From Podarcis tiliguerta (taxonomy: Eukaryota): a stretch of DNA of 64,000 bases. Positions 53,214 through 63,354 of this stretch are shown here, piece by piece (the stretch's first letter is position 1; each line of letters starts with the position of its first letter). The position numbers and the translations under genes are program-made. The stretch is taken from assembly GCA_965153285.1 (NCBI GenBank), contig OZ229129.1; one strand, 5' to 3'. The notes below the pieces were generated by a model. It was given only the letters and a program-made list of their open reading frames with translations. It was not told where the DNA came from and made no database searches.

Positions 53214-54481
53214 TAGTATTTAGATAACATTTGGCACATGTGGGGGGAAATGCAAGCTGCAGAACTGTGCCAGACTAGGAATTCCTGGGTTAGCTTATGC
53301 AAACCAGCCTGGCCAGGCTAGCTAAGTGCAAAGCCATTGAAAAACACTGGGCCATTAAAAGGGCATTTGGCAATGCAGAAAGCTACCACTCTGAGGAGTG
53401 GACAAAACCAGGCGATCTGGGAGGTTGCCAAGATGACAGGGGTCATGATGTCACAAAAACAGGTGTCCTTTTTGAAATCTAAAGATGTTCTGAGAACAAG
53501 GAGGAGGAAGTGGGCAAAAGTAGCTCTAGCTGGAGAGGCTGTGCCAAGAGACCAGGTGCCATGACTGACTGCAGCTCTGGAGCCAAGCTTGCTGAAGCTA
53601 TGAGAGGGACAATGAGAGACATTATTGGGGTATAATGTTCTGCACTCCCTCTACTGAAGACTTTAGGTGCAAATATGTTTAAAATAAACCCCATATTTAT
53701 TAAAGGAACTAGCCTCCGCTGTGCCTCAGTTTTCCCAGTGGAAACGACAACCCTGGCTGAGTGCATGGAGCCCTTGGAATCTTGCTACTGCTTGGCAGAG
53801 ATTGCGGGTGACAAGAAACCTTCGTAACAATATGGGAGAAACCCCCATTGACATTTGCTCTGATTCAGCGGTAAATAGTGTGTTTCCCTGGGAGAAAGCA
53901 ACAAGACTGGGTGAGCCCTAACTCAGGTTGCTGGTGGATCTTGCCCACTGCTGGGTATCCCCCAAGTGGCAGAAGCTCTCTAGAAGCAAGGACTAGAAAA
54001 TACTTCTGCTGCATAACTTATGGCAGCCTTCCCCAGGAACACTACAATGTGTCTTATGTGCCTCATGATGGACTGATAGGGCAGGCAGACCTGCAGAGGC
54101 TGCAATGAAAGGGAATGTAATTTTCTGAACTCTGAAAGTGTTAAAGGTTAGAAATAATGCTGTCACCTGAGTTCACAGTTACATTTCTCAGCATATGAAC
54201 TTTTCCTGCTCAGCTGTGCTACAAATCTAGCAGCATTCCCTCCCTCCCCCACCCAAAAAAAGTTCTTGCACTTAGAATTTGGAATCAGATAATTACAGAA
54301 TTGAAGAGCTGGAAGGGACATGAGGACCATCTAGTTCAACCCCTGCAATGCAGGAATATGCAGCTGCCCCATACAGGGAATGAGTCTTTCTTTCTCTGGT
54401 GTCTTCAGTGTTGTGCTGGTAACATCTTAATGCCAGGGACACTTGGGAATGTTGTTTTATAGGGCTTCCAAGAGCTTAGTA

Positions 54482-54616
54482 CAGGCATAGGCAAACTCCA
54501 GCCCTCCAGATGTTTGGAACTACAATTCTCATCATCCCTGACACTGGTCCTGTTAGCTAGGGATGATGGGAACTGTAGTCCCAAACATCTGGAGGGCTGG
54601 AGTTTGCCTATGTCTG
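54482..54616. mobile_element. Palindromic hAT MITE (~135 bp fold-back)
   Basis: Near-perfect inverted repeat; exact 8-bp TSD GCTTAGTA (54474-54481, 54617-54624). Confidence 0.92.
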
Positions 54617-54821
54617 GCTTAGTATTTGCAACAGACATCTTAAGGCTTACCCATACTTCTGCTTCTCCTGTGCCTAGAAGGCATGGGATCAAGCAGTTTC
54701 CCACTTGTCCCTGCCACTTCCTTTGGGAAAACTGCTCTGTAGCACTGAATTGGAGCAAGCATCAATCTGGGGGAAATCCGATTGATGCTTGCTCTGATTC
54801 AGCCTTAAGGAAGGGGTTTCC

Positions 54822-55439
54822 TGTTAAATAGAGGGAATGATGGATGAAGGACACAGCTCTGTTAGATTCACAACTCTTTATTACAGCAGTTAGAACTGCT
54901 CCTGGAGACAGACAGACTTGCATATGTATATGGCTGCTTTATATAATACTAAGTAAAAAGGTAAAGGTACCCCTGCCAGTACGGGCCAGTCTTGACAGAC
55001 TCTAGGGTTGTGCGCTCATCTCACTCTATAGGCCGGGAGCCAGCCGCAGACACTTCTGGGTCACGTGGCCAGCGTGACAAGCTGCATCTGGTGAGCCAGC
55101 GCAGAACACGGAACGCCATTTACCTTCCTGCTGGTAAGTGGTCCCTATTTATCTACTTGCACCTGGGGGTGCTTTCGAACTGCTAGGTTGGCAGGTGCTG
55201 GGACCGAACGACGGGTGCGCACCCTGCCGCAGGGATTCGACCCGCCGACCATGCGATTGGCAAGTCCTAGGTGCTGAAGTTTTACCCACAGCGCCACCCG
55301 CGTCGCCCTATAATACTAAGTAACTTGTAACAATAACAACTCCCAACTAGCTAACCAATCAGTGAGCTGCAGTTCTCAGTCCTTCATTTGCATACTGGTG
55401 TCCCTGAGTGAGAACTGCAGCTACTCTTAATACATAACA
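54822..55439 (-). mobile_element. Solo LTR (family A, copy 1) interrupted by a Sauria SINE
   Basis: TG...CA ends with perfect 5-bp TSD TTTCC (54817-54821, 55440-55444). Reverse complement of copy 2; octamer (ATTTGCAT) at 55386-55393, polyA signal (TTTATT) at 54877-54882. Confidence 0.88.
54957..55308 (-). mobile_element. Sauria SINE, divergent subfamily, inserted in a solo LTR
   Basis: aaggtaaaggtacccctgccagtacgggcc...gcgccacccgcgtcgccc; 15-bp TSD TATAATACTAAGTAA (54942-54956, 55309-55323). Confidence 0.9.
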
Positions 55440-55692
55440 TTTCCCCGGGGAAAGTGACAGGACGAGCAGAAATCTGGATGAGCCCTCAGAGACCACATGC
55501 CCCAGGGCTCATTGTTCCTGAGCATTCACGTTACAACATGCAACATGCAAGGAGCCCTGGAACATGTAATTCCCAGGGCGCCTGTTGATCAGAGTGAGCA
55601 CTCGCGTGCCCTGGGAAGATTGCATTTCCCAACGTCTGTGTGCTTATGGTTCTACTAGAGCAGCATCGAAGGCACTCAGGGGCAGGGGATGT

Positions 55693-56696
55693 TGTGAGTA
55701 TTCCTAGTTACCACTGCCAGATGATAACTGGAAGGGAAAGAGAAGGGGTGGGGCAATGTAAGTTTGGAACTGGCTAAGAAGTTTTTAGAACTGTTTTCCC
55801 AGGGGGTTTGCCCAACAGAAGTTAGATTCAGCACACGCACACATGAGAAACTTCAGCTCATCACTGCTATGCAAGTTCAATATACTTAAATTCAGTCAAA
55901 TAACCCCTTTCCTTGCAGGAGATTTCCATTGGGAACCAACCCTTAGAAACATTTCAGGGTTGGGCCATCTCAAATGGAACAGCTCCATCTAGGAAAAGTC
56001 ACATGCATTTGGTGTAAAACCTAAACTTATCTTGATGGAACACAGCTGCCTCCAGAACCAAAACCAGTACAGTGGTACCTCGGGTTAAGTATTTAATTCA
56101 TTCATTTATAGGTTTCCGTTCTTAACCTGAAACTGTTCTTAACCAAAACACCACTTTAGCTAACGGGGCCTCCTGCTGCCGCCGTGCCGCCAGAGCACGA
56201 TTTCTGTTCTCATCCTGAAGCAAAGTTTGTAATCCGAGATACTATTTCTGGGTTAGCTGAGTCTGTGACTTGAAGCGTATGTAACCTGAAGTGTATGTAA
56301 CCCGAGGTACCACTGTACCTGGGTCTTGCCCTCACATGTCTGCTTATGCTAATCTTGTACTGAAGACTTGTCTGGATATGTTTGCCAAGGTTTAACTAGT
56401 GTAACCCCTGTTTACCCCCCCCCCTTTTTGTGACATGTCAGTGATGTAGCAATGATGTAGCAATGATGCTGTACGAACTGTATTCTGGGATATGGTGGGA
56501 AAGTTTTAAAAGTCCTTGTCACCCCATCCTCGGGGTTCAAAATTCCTCTTTGAACCTGTGGCGCAATAAATCTCGGTCTACAGCTATTTTTCTCCAGTTG
56601 GTGGCTGGACTCCTTCCTTTATTCCTCAGGGACCCGTGGGCTCTGCCCAACGAGCTGGGTGACTGAGCAGCCTCGCACCTAGATTTTCCTGTAACA
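55693..56696 (+). mobile_element. Putative ERV-like solo LTR (~750 bp once the inserted MITE is removed)
   Basis: TGTGAG...GTAACA flanked by GATGT/GATGC (4/5 TSD match). TTTTAAAA near 56504 and AATAAA near 56565 are followed by a U5-like tail. The 5' boundary is uncertain. Confidence 0.5.
56070..56315. mobile_element. Tc1/mariner-type MITE family 1
   Basis: cagtggtacctcgggtta...taacccgaggtaccactg with TA TSD. Confidence 0.93.
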
Positions 56697-56757
56697 GATG
56701 CATTGCCAACATTTGACAAAAACATAATGTTCAGATGAACCACTGAGGACTAGGATC

Positions 56758-56925
56758 ATGGGAAGCTGCCATATACAGAGTCATACTATTAGTCCATCCA
56801 GCTCATTATTATCTACACTAACTGGAAGCAGTTCTCCAGGGTTTCAGAAGGACATTCCCAGCCCTACCTGGCGATACTGGGGATTGAACCAGAGACCTTC
56901 TGCCTGCAAAACAAATGCTCTACCT
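56758..56925 (-). mobile_element. Short tRNA-derived SINE (same family); a Sauria SINE lies immediately beyond its head
   Basis: gggaagctgccatatacagagtca...gggattgaaccagagaccttctgcctgcaaaacaaatgctctacc. Confidence 0.8.
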
Positions 56926-56941
56926 CTTTTCCCCAAATTAA

Positions 56942-57282
56942 AAAAGGTAAAGGGACCCCTGATCATTAGTTCCAGTTGTGACTGACTCTGGAGTTGGGGC
57001 ACTCATCTCGCTTTATTGGCCAAGGGAGCCGGCGTACAGCTACCAGGTCATGTGGCCAGCATGACTAAGCCACTTCTGGCGAACTAGAGCAGCGCACGGA
57101 AAGCCATTTACCTTCCCACCAGAGCGGTACCTATTTATCTACTTGCACTGGCATGCTTTCAAACTGCTAGGTTGGCAGGAGCAGGGACCGAGCAACAGGA
57201 GCTCACCCCGTCGCAGGGATTCGAACCGCTGACCGGCAAGTCCTAGGCTCTGTGGTTTAACCCACAGCGCCACCCACGTCCC
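56942..57282 (-). mobile_element. Sauria SINE (full length)
   Basis: aaaaggtaaagggacccc...cagcgccacccacgtccc; TSD approximately ttc(c/t)ccaaattaa. Confidence 0.92.
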
Positions 57283-58374
57283 TCTTCTCCAAATTAACAA
57301 CCAATTAAATGAATTAGCAACCCACTTCTAATATTGTCTGCAGTCCAGCTGCTGTCTAGCTTAACCAAGATATCATCCATCTTTCCTGCTCTACCAAGAC
57401 CATTTTCCAAACTGCTGCAGAAAGTAGTTTTCAGCTGGATTTGTGACATTATGACATTCCAGCAAAGGAAATTGGAGACAGCTGCATCACCTCAAACACC
57501 AGGCTGGACTCAGATGAGTGAGCCAGCACATCTCTGCTACTAATTTCTGGCTACTCTCTTGTCAACCAGATTTTTCCAATCTCCAGTTTTGTATTATTTT
57601 GACAGCCATAAAATCTGAAAAAGAAATCATGGTTTTCTAATCAGCTGTCAGTCAAAATAGGCCTTTTTTATTATATGCTGAGCTTTGCGAAAAGGACAGA
57701 AGGACATATTTTTACATTCTATAATAGATTTGCATATTATTTCATTTGCAGAAGTATTCATGACAATTCTGAGGAGGCCTCATAAAAATCAGATTATTTA
57801 TAGGTTTCCCTTTGCCGCTGAACGGAAAGCTACAACCATCCTATATACAGAACATAGCAAGTGGCCTGATTCTGAGACTATTGGTCCATCTAGCTTAGTA
57901 CTGGCAACTCCACATTTGAGCGGAATCAACTCATGCACTACTGCGCACATGCACGGCGGCACAAAATAAATAAATGAATACATTCAAACCCAGAAGTAGT
58001 GGGAGAGAGCTGAAAAGTTATTGTGGTTCGTAAGGAGACCCTCCCCAGAGCCTGAAGAGGATCTCAGTGAGCCAAAATTCAAGAAGCAAGGGTTTAAATT
58101 TCTTTTTTTAAAAAAAACTTATGGGCTCCAAAATGGCATGTGGGAGCTCTCACAACTGTGGCAGCTGTTGGGCAGGAAGCTGTATTGCTCAGACGCAGTG
58201 TTCCCTGTCCTTTCTGGCCATCTGAAGACAAAGAGCATGGAGAGCAGCTAAAAAAACAGGTGTTTAGAGGCTTTAGATGGTGCTCATTTTACTTATGCAT
58301 GCGGAGGCCCACAACATAACCCCAACGAAAGCAGGGGGAGTTGCCTGTGTGCTGTCTAGACACTTCCGGGTTTC

Positions 58375-58861
58375 TGTTATGTACAGTCATACCTCGGGTT
58401 GAAGTTGCTTCAGGTTGAGCACTTTCGGGTTGCGCTCCGCAGTGAGCCGGAAGTAACGGAACGCTTTACTTCAGGGTTGCACCGCTCGCACATGCGCAGA
58501 TGGTCAAAATGACATCATGCACATGCGCGGAAGCGGCGAATCGTGACCCGCACAGATGCGGGTTGCGTTCGCTTCTGGATGTGAACAGGGCTCCGGAACG
58601 GATCCTGTTCGTATCCAGAGGTACCACTGTATTAAGATTAGCTGCAGTTCTCACTCAGGGCCACCAGTATGCAAATGAAGGCTTGAGAACTGTCGCTCAC
58701 TGATTGGTTAGCTAGTTGGGAGTTGTTACTGTTACAAGTTACTTAAAGCCGCCAGCTAGGCTGCAGTCAGTCTGACTCCGTGAGCAGTTCCAACTGCTGT
58801 AATAAAGAGCTGTGAATCCAACAGAGTTGTGTCCTTCGTCCATCTTTCCCACTATTTAACA
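58375..58861 (+). mobile_element. Solo LTR (family A, copy 2) interrupted by a Tc1/mariner MITE
   Basis: TGTTATGTA...TTTAACA with perfect 5-bp TSD GTTTC (58370-58374, 58862-58866). Octamer at 58669-58676, AATAAA at 58801-58806. Confidence 0.88.
58384..58629. mobile_element. Tc1/mariner-type MITE family 2, nested in a solo LTR
   Basis: cagtcatacctc...gaggtaccactg; TA TSD at 58382-58383 and 58630-58631. Confidence 0.9.
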
Positions 58862-60703
58862 GTTTCAGAAAGGGGTGTCTTCCAATCCTACATGGATTGA
58901 AAGAAGAGGTCTTTTGCATGCAAAGAAGATAATCCACCACAGTTACACCCCATCTGTGCATCCCATCCCATCTCTATTACAATTATTTATAATAACCATT
59001 TTATCTTCAGAACAACTCAATAAATTAGATCTGTAAAAATCAGGGATGGATATGCTAATAGATCCATGAATCAGTCAACCCAAGTCCTCTTTAAATTTAT
59101 ACAAAATAATAATAATACACAAAACATAAGAATAAATATTGTCATCTCACATTAACAATAAGAATAATCCATCAGCCATCACTGATATATATTAATATAC
59201 ACCATCCATCTGCTCTGTTAATAATAATAATAATTTTTTTCATTGAAAAATTGCTTCCCATGAAGCATTCCAAAGCAATTTACATCTACAAAGATTATAT
59301 ACATAAAAGCAGTTAAAACAATTAAGAGTGGGAAACAGTGGGATACAATTCCAAATTAATACATGCCTCTAAAGCTGCCTAAACCACTAACAGCATCTGT
59401 GGTGGAGCATAAACCACCAAAGTGGCTCATTGCGCATAGAAATCCATTCCTAATCCATCCGTCCAAAACATTTAAGCACCTTTTTGTGTATGTTTGTATT
59501 TTAAAGGACTTTTCCCCACTTGGGAATAACTGGGAGGCCAAGGCAACGCTACTTAGGATGGCAGGAACCCAACACAAACAAAATGAAGCCATTTTGCTCT
59601 GTTGAGTCCAAGGATTATGCAAACCAGACAGAGGTCTTTAATTTTAGCACAAAGCCATCCCAGAGTAGTACTGCGATGCATGTTCCACGTGCTCCTCATT
59701 CCCTTTTGGATCAGTTCTGGGATCAAGGGAGGCATAAGTATTGGGTAATGCTGAGCACCTGGAAAATATGCCTTATTAAGCATTAATGGAAGTTAACCCA
59801 TTGTCCGTGGTGGCTGGTGCCCGTTTGGGGCCAGTGGGGCTGAATGCAGGGCGGCTAAGAGTAGGCAGAGCCAGAGCTGACAGCAGGCAGATCCAGATAC
59901 TTACAACATAGAGAGGCTGTTCTGGTTTTGCTCCCATCTTCCTCTTGCCTGAGTTCTGCAAGGGCAACACTGAGACTAAAGAAGAAGTAGCAAATGCTAT
60001 CTCCCCTGAACTGGCTGTAAGTCAGGAGGAAGAGAGGTGGAGGCTGACTGAGTTTGTTGGGGGCAGTGCCTCATTTGCCCAAATGGACCAAGCCTCCACT
60101 GCGTATGGAGAAGATCTTTAAGTTTAAAAGTCCTTTATGATTGCAGTGCAGAAGGATGTCAAAGACACCAGTCCGTCATCAGTGATGCTGGGGGCTGATG
60201 GAGAAGTTTCACAGGCATGAACAGAAACATTGGAGAAGCAGGTGAAACTGGGAAGAAGTAGTGATGGACAGTTCTCTATTTACCTCCTCATCCAAGAGGT
60301 TTTGGTGACAAGATGAATCACCGGTGCATCTCATACTGCTTGCTGTCAGGTCCAACTCCAATGCAGTTAAGAATAGAGCTGGCTAAAATTTGGAAAACCA
60401 AACTTTCCATCCAAATTGGGTTGGGGAGCATGGTGTAAGAATCAGTGGGAGCAACCCCACTCTTTGCTAATTCCAGAGGTTGTGGGAAATGTTTTTTTGG
60501 GGGGTGCTTACTGGAGCTCTTCAAAGCTCCATCAAGGTAGCAGCTGCTATCTTAATGCCCCAGAATGCCCTATTTTGACAAGGAACTTGCAGGGCTGAGG
60601 GGCAGATGATGGCCACCACAGGAAAAAAAATGGCAGCCCCTGGGGGGTATCACCTGAGCCACTCTGGCCTATCAGCACAGCCTGCAGTTCTCTTCTTTGG
60701 TGC

Positions 60704-60931
60704 TGTTATGTATTCAAACTGGCTGCAGTTCTCACTCTGGGCCACCAGTATGCAAATGAAGGATTGAGAGTTGCTTTCACCTATTGGGTAGTTAATTGGA
60801 AATCGTTACTGTTACAAGTTATTGAGCATTATATAAGGCAGGCAGCTTCGCTGTTGTTCAGAGACTTAGAGCAGTGCTAACTTCTCTAATAAAGGGCTGC
60901 GTCTGTCACCCATCTTTCCAACTATACAACA
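60704..60931 (+). mobile_element. Solo LTR (~230 bp, family A, copy 3)
   Basis: TG...CA ends. Flanks GGTGC/GGCAC are consistent with a GGCGC 5-bp TSD after CpG decay on each strand. ATGCAAAT 60750-60757, ATTGG 60783-60787, TATATAA 60830-60836, AATAAA 60888-60893. Homologous to 58375-58861 and 54822-55439. Confidence 0.85.
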
Positions 60932-61099
60932 GGCACAAATGTTAAATTCCAAGTTTACAAGTGGAGCACTGCCTCACCAACCTCAGTCTGTGCTTAGTCA
61001 AACCCCATCTGCCTGTTTCTTCCTTAAAACCACCACAAGGGAGAGAGGAGGGGAGGCTGCTCCAGCCAGAGTCCACCAATTCCACCGGTGGGGTGCAGA

Positions 61100-61246
61100 A
61101 TAAGGTCTGTTTCTAACCAGCAGTTTGCAGGTGACTGCGCCCTGCCAGACGAGGAGAGCCAGCCGCTCCTGCACGGCGCCGGGATCTGTAAGTGGTTCAA
61201 CGTGCGGATTGGGTTCGGCTTCCTCTCCATGACCACCAAGGAAGGC
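61100..61246 (+). pseudogene. LIN28A: Processed, truncated LIN28A retro-fragment (exon 1 joined to part of exon 2; N-terminal half of the cold-shock domain)
   Basis: Reads IRSVSNQQFAG-DCALPDEESQPLLHGAGICKWFNVRIGFGFLSMTTKEG, against LIN28A MGSVSNQQFAG...LLHGAGICKWFNVRMGFGFLSMT. The start codon has become ATA, there is no intron at the ...TTTGCAG|GT junction (61130/61131), and homology stops before VDVFVHQ. Confidence 0.9.
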
Positions 61247-62745
61247 TGCCTCAGGTTAACGTGCCTTGTGTCAATGAGGCCAAATGCATTGGTTTATATA
61301 GTTGCCAGAAGAAAAGGGATGCTTCCCCAGAGTGTGTGCAAAGATTAAAATGCTACCCCTTCTAGTTTTGCATCCGTCTTAAAAATAAAATAAAATACAG
61401 TAGCATTGTTTCCCCCCTATTCCCTTCTTAGATATTTAGTATGTGTAAATATCTTATGTAAATCTTTCTGGCTTATTTCCAGTTTTCCTTTTTAATGATT
61501 GTTCACAAACTTGAGGGTGTGGGAAATAGCCAAGGCATGCGGTGGGCATTTGCACCAGAGGGGCATAGAGTGGGGCACCCTCTTTGCACCTTGCAACTTT
61601 GCCACATGAGAGCTGGTTAACGGGTGGGGGGAATTTCCCCTATCTTCCTACAACCAATGAGAGAATTGGACTTCTGAAGTAACAGTGATTTATCTGCAAG
61701 CCAAGAGGAACAATGTCCTTGGGGGGGTGGGGTTGACTGCAGCTTCTTCCACCCACTAGTTTGCAGAATTGTTTTGGAAATTCTTTAGGTCAGTCTCCCA
61801 GGCCTTTTTTTTTAAATGACAATATGGTTTCTAAAACTCTTCAGTTTGGTCTTGCAAATAAATCCCTGCTTGGAATAGGCAATATCATTACCATTTTAGA
61901 CAGTGGTAGACACTATGCATTAGGAGCAAGCAGTGTGCATTGCAGTCAGACTGGTGCCAAGTCTGCACTCAGGGTCACTGTGGAATAGGGAGCACTGAAT
62001 GCATTGGGGGTGGGAAGAGTGGGGGGATGATGGCGACTTCTTGTGTGGCTACATTATTGTGTACTAGGAGACAAAATGAATGTAACTCCCATGTTTACTG
62101 CTAGCGACCAAAGCTTGTTTTGTGTCAAACTCTTTGACTTTTTATGAAGCAGGTGGGTGGGTGGGTGGGAGAGGGTGGGGATGAGAGGGTGACTGTGTGG
62201 GGTTCTTTTTAGAGGGGGGAGGGTCCTGAGCTGCAGGACTCTGTTCAAGCAAGCAGCTATCCTGCTGATTATGTCTGGTGGCGATGTCAATAATCCCCAC
62301 GACTGCATTCCCCTCCCCTTCACTATTTTCATTTTTGTACCAGTTTTGGAAAACGATGGAAACAAATAAAGAATATGGATCATTTTTTTTAAAAAAAAAA
62401 ACACCCCAAGGAGGAGCCCTTTACTTTCAGTTTCCTCCTTCTCCTTAGTCTCTGTTTTGCCCCTGTAGAACACAGCAGGGGACAAAACTAGAATGAACCC
62501 GTTTCACCTGCCATTGGTCCACCTACCATTGGGGCTCCCTGTCTTCTGGCCCTTCAAGTCCCAATACGCACCAGTCAGCAGCCACGGTCTCACACATTAC
62601 TTGGGATTCCACTCCGAGGAGCTGCTTGCAGATTTCAGCCTTGGCACCTGCACAGCATGCTGGTGCAAGACCTCATTCCCTGATAACTCCCTTACAGATG
62701 GCAGAAGGTCATTCAGCAAATGCAAACCCCCAACATTCCTGCCTC

Positions 62746-63015
62746 AAAGGTAAAGGGACCCCTGACCATTAGGTCCAGTTGTGACCGACTCTGGGGTTGC
62801 GGTGCTCATCTCGCTTTATTGGCTGAGGGAGCCAGCGTACAATCATGTGGCCAGCATGACTAAGCTGCTTCTGGCGAACCAGAGCAGTGCACGGAAATGC
62901 CGTTTACCTTCCCGCCAGAGCGGTACCTATTTATCTACTTGCATTTTTGACGTGCTTTTGAACTGCTAGGTGGGCAGGAACAGGGACTGAGCAACGGGAG
63001 CTCACCTCGTTGCAG
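62746..63015 (-). mobile_element. Sauria SINE (5'-truncated)
   Basis: aaaggtaaagggacccctgaccattagg... matches the other copies; the head is missing. Confidence 0.9.
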
Positions 63016-63218
63016 TGTGTGTGTGAGGCCAGCACTGCCATAGCAAAAAGGAATGGGGGAGTTCTTCACACTGTCCCCAAAGCATTTGGAGAAGGAGACC
63101 AAGGTCCCTGAGGAGCCAGGATGCAGTGGGATAGGAAAGCGCAGAAGAAAAGCTCGTCCCTTGTCTCCTCATCCTGCTGAAGACGAATCATCTTCTGAAT
63201 GTGATCAGATGCATTGCC

Positions 63219-63354
63219 CAGGCATTGGCAAACTCGGCCCTCCAGATGTTTTGGGACTACAACTCCCATGACCCCTAGCTAACCGGACCGGTGGTCAGGG
63301 ATGATGGGAATTGTAGTCCCAAAACACCTGGAGGGCTGAGCTTGCCTATGGCTG
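63219..63354. mobile_element. Palindromic hAT MITE
   Basis: Same fold-back family; degenerate TSD gcattgcc/gccttgac. Confidence 0.85.

Noticed and set aside
58375-60931. Full-length LTR retrotransposon bounded by the two + strand LTRs
   Set aside because: Each LTR has its own distinct TSD, they are clearly diverged from each other, and the interval shows no gag/pol sequence.
61088-61348. Functional LIN28A gene or exon
   Set aside because: Initiator ATG lost, exon junction already spliced, homology ends mid-domain with no splice donor at the expected place, and no further LIN28 exons in the window.
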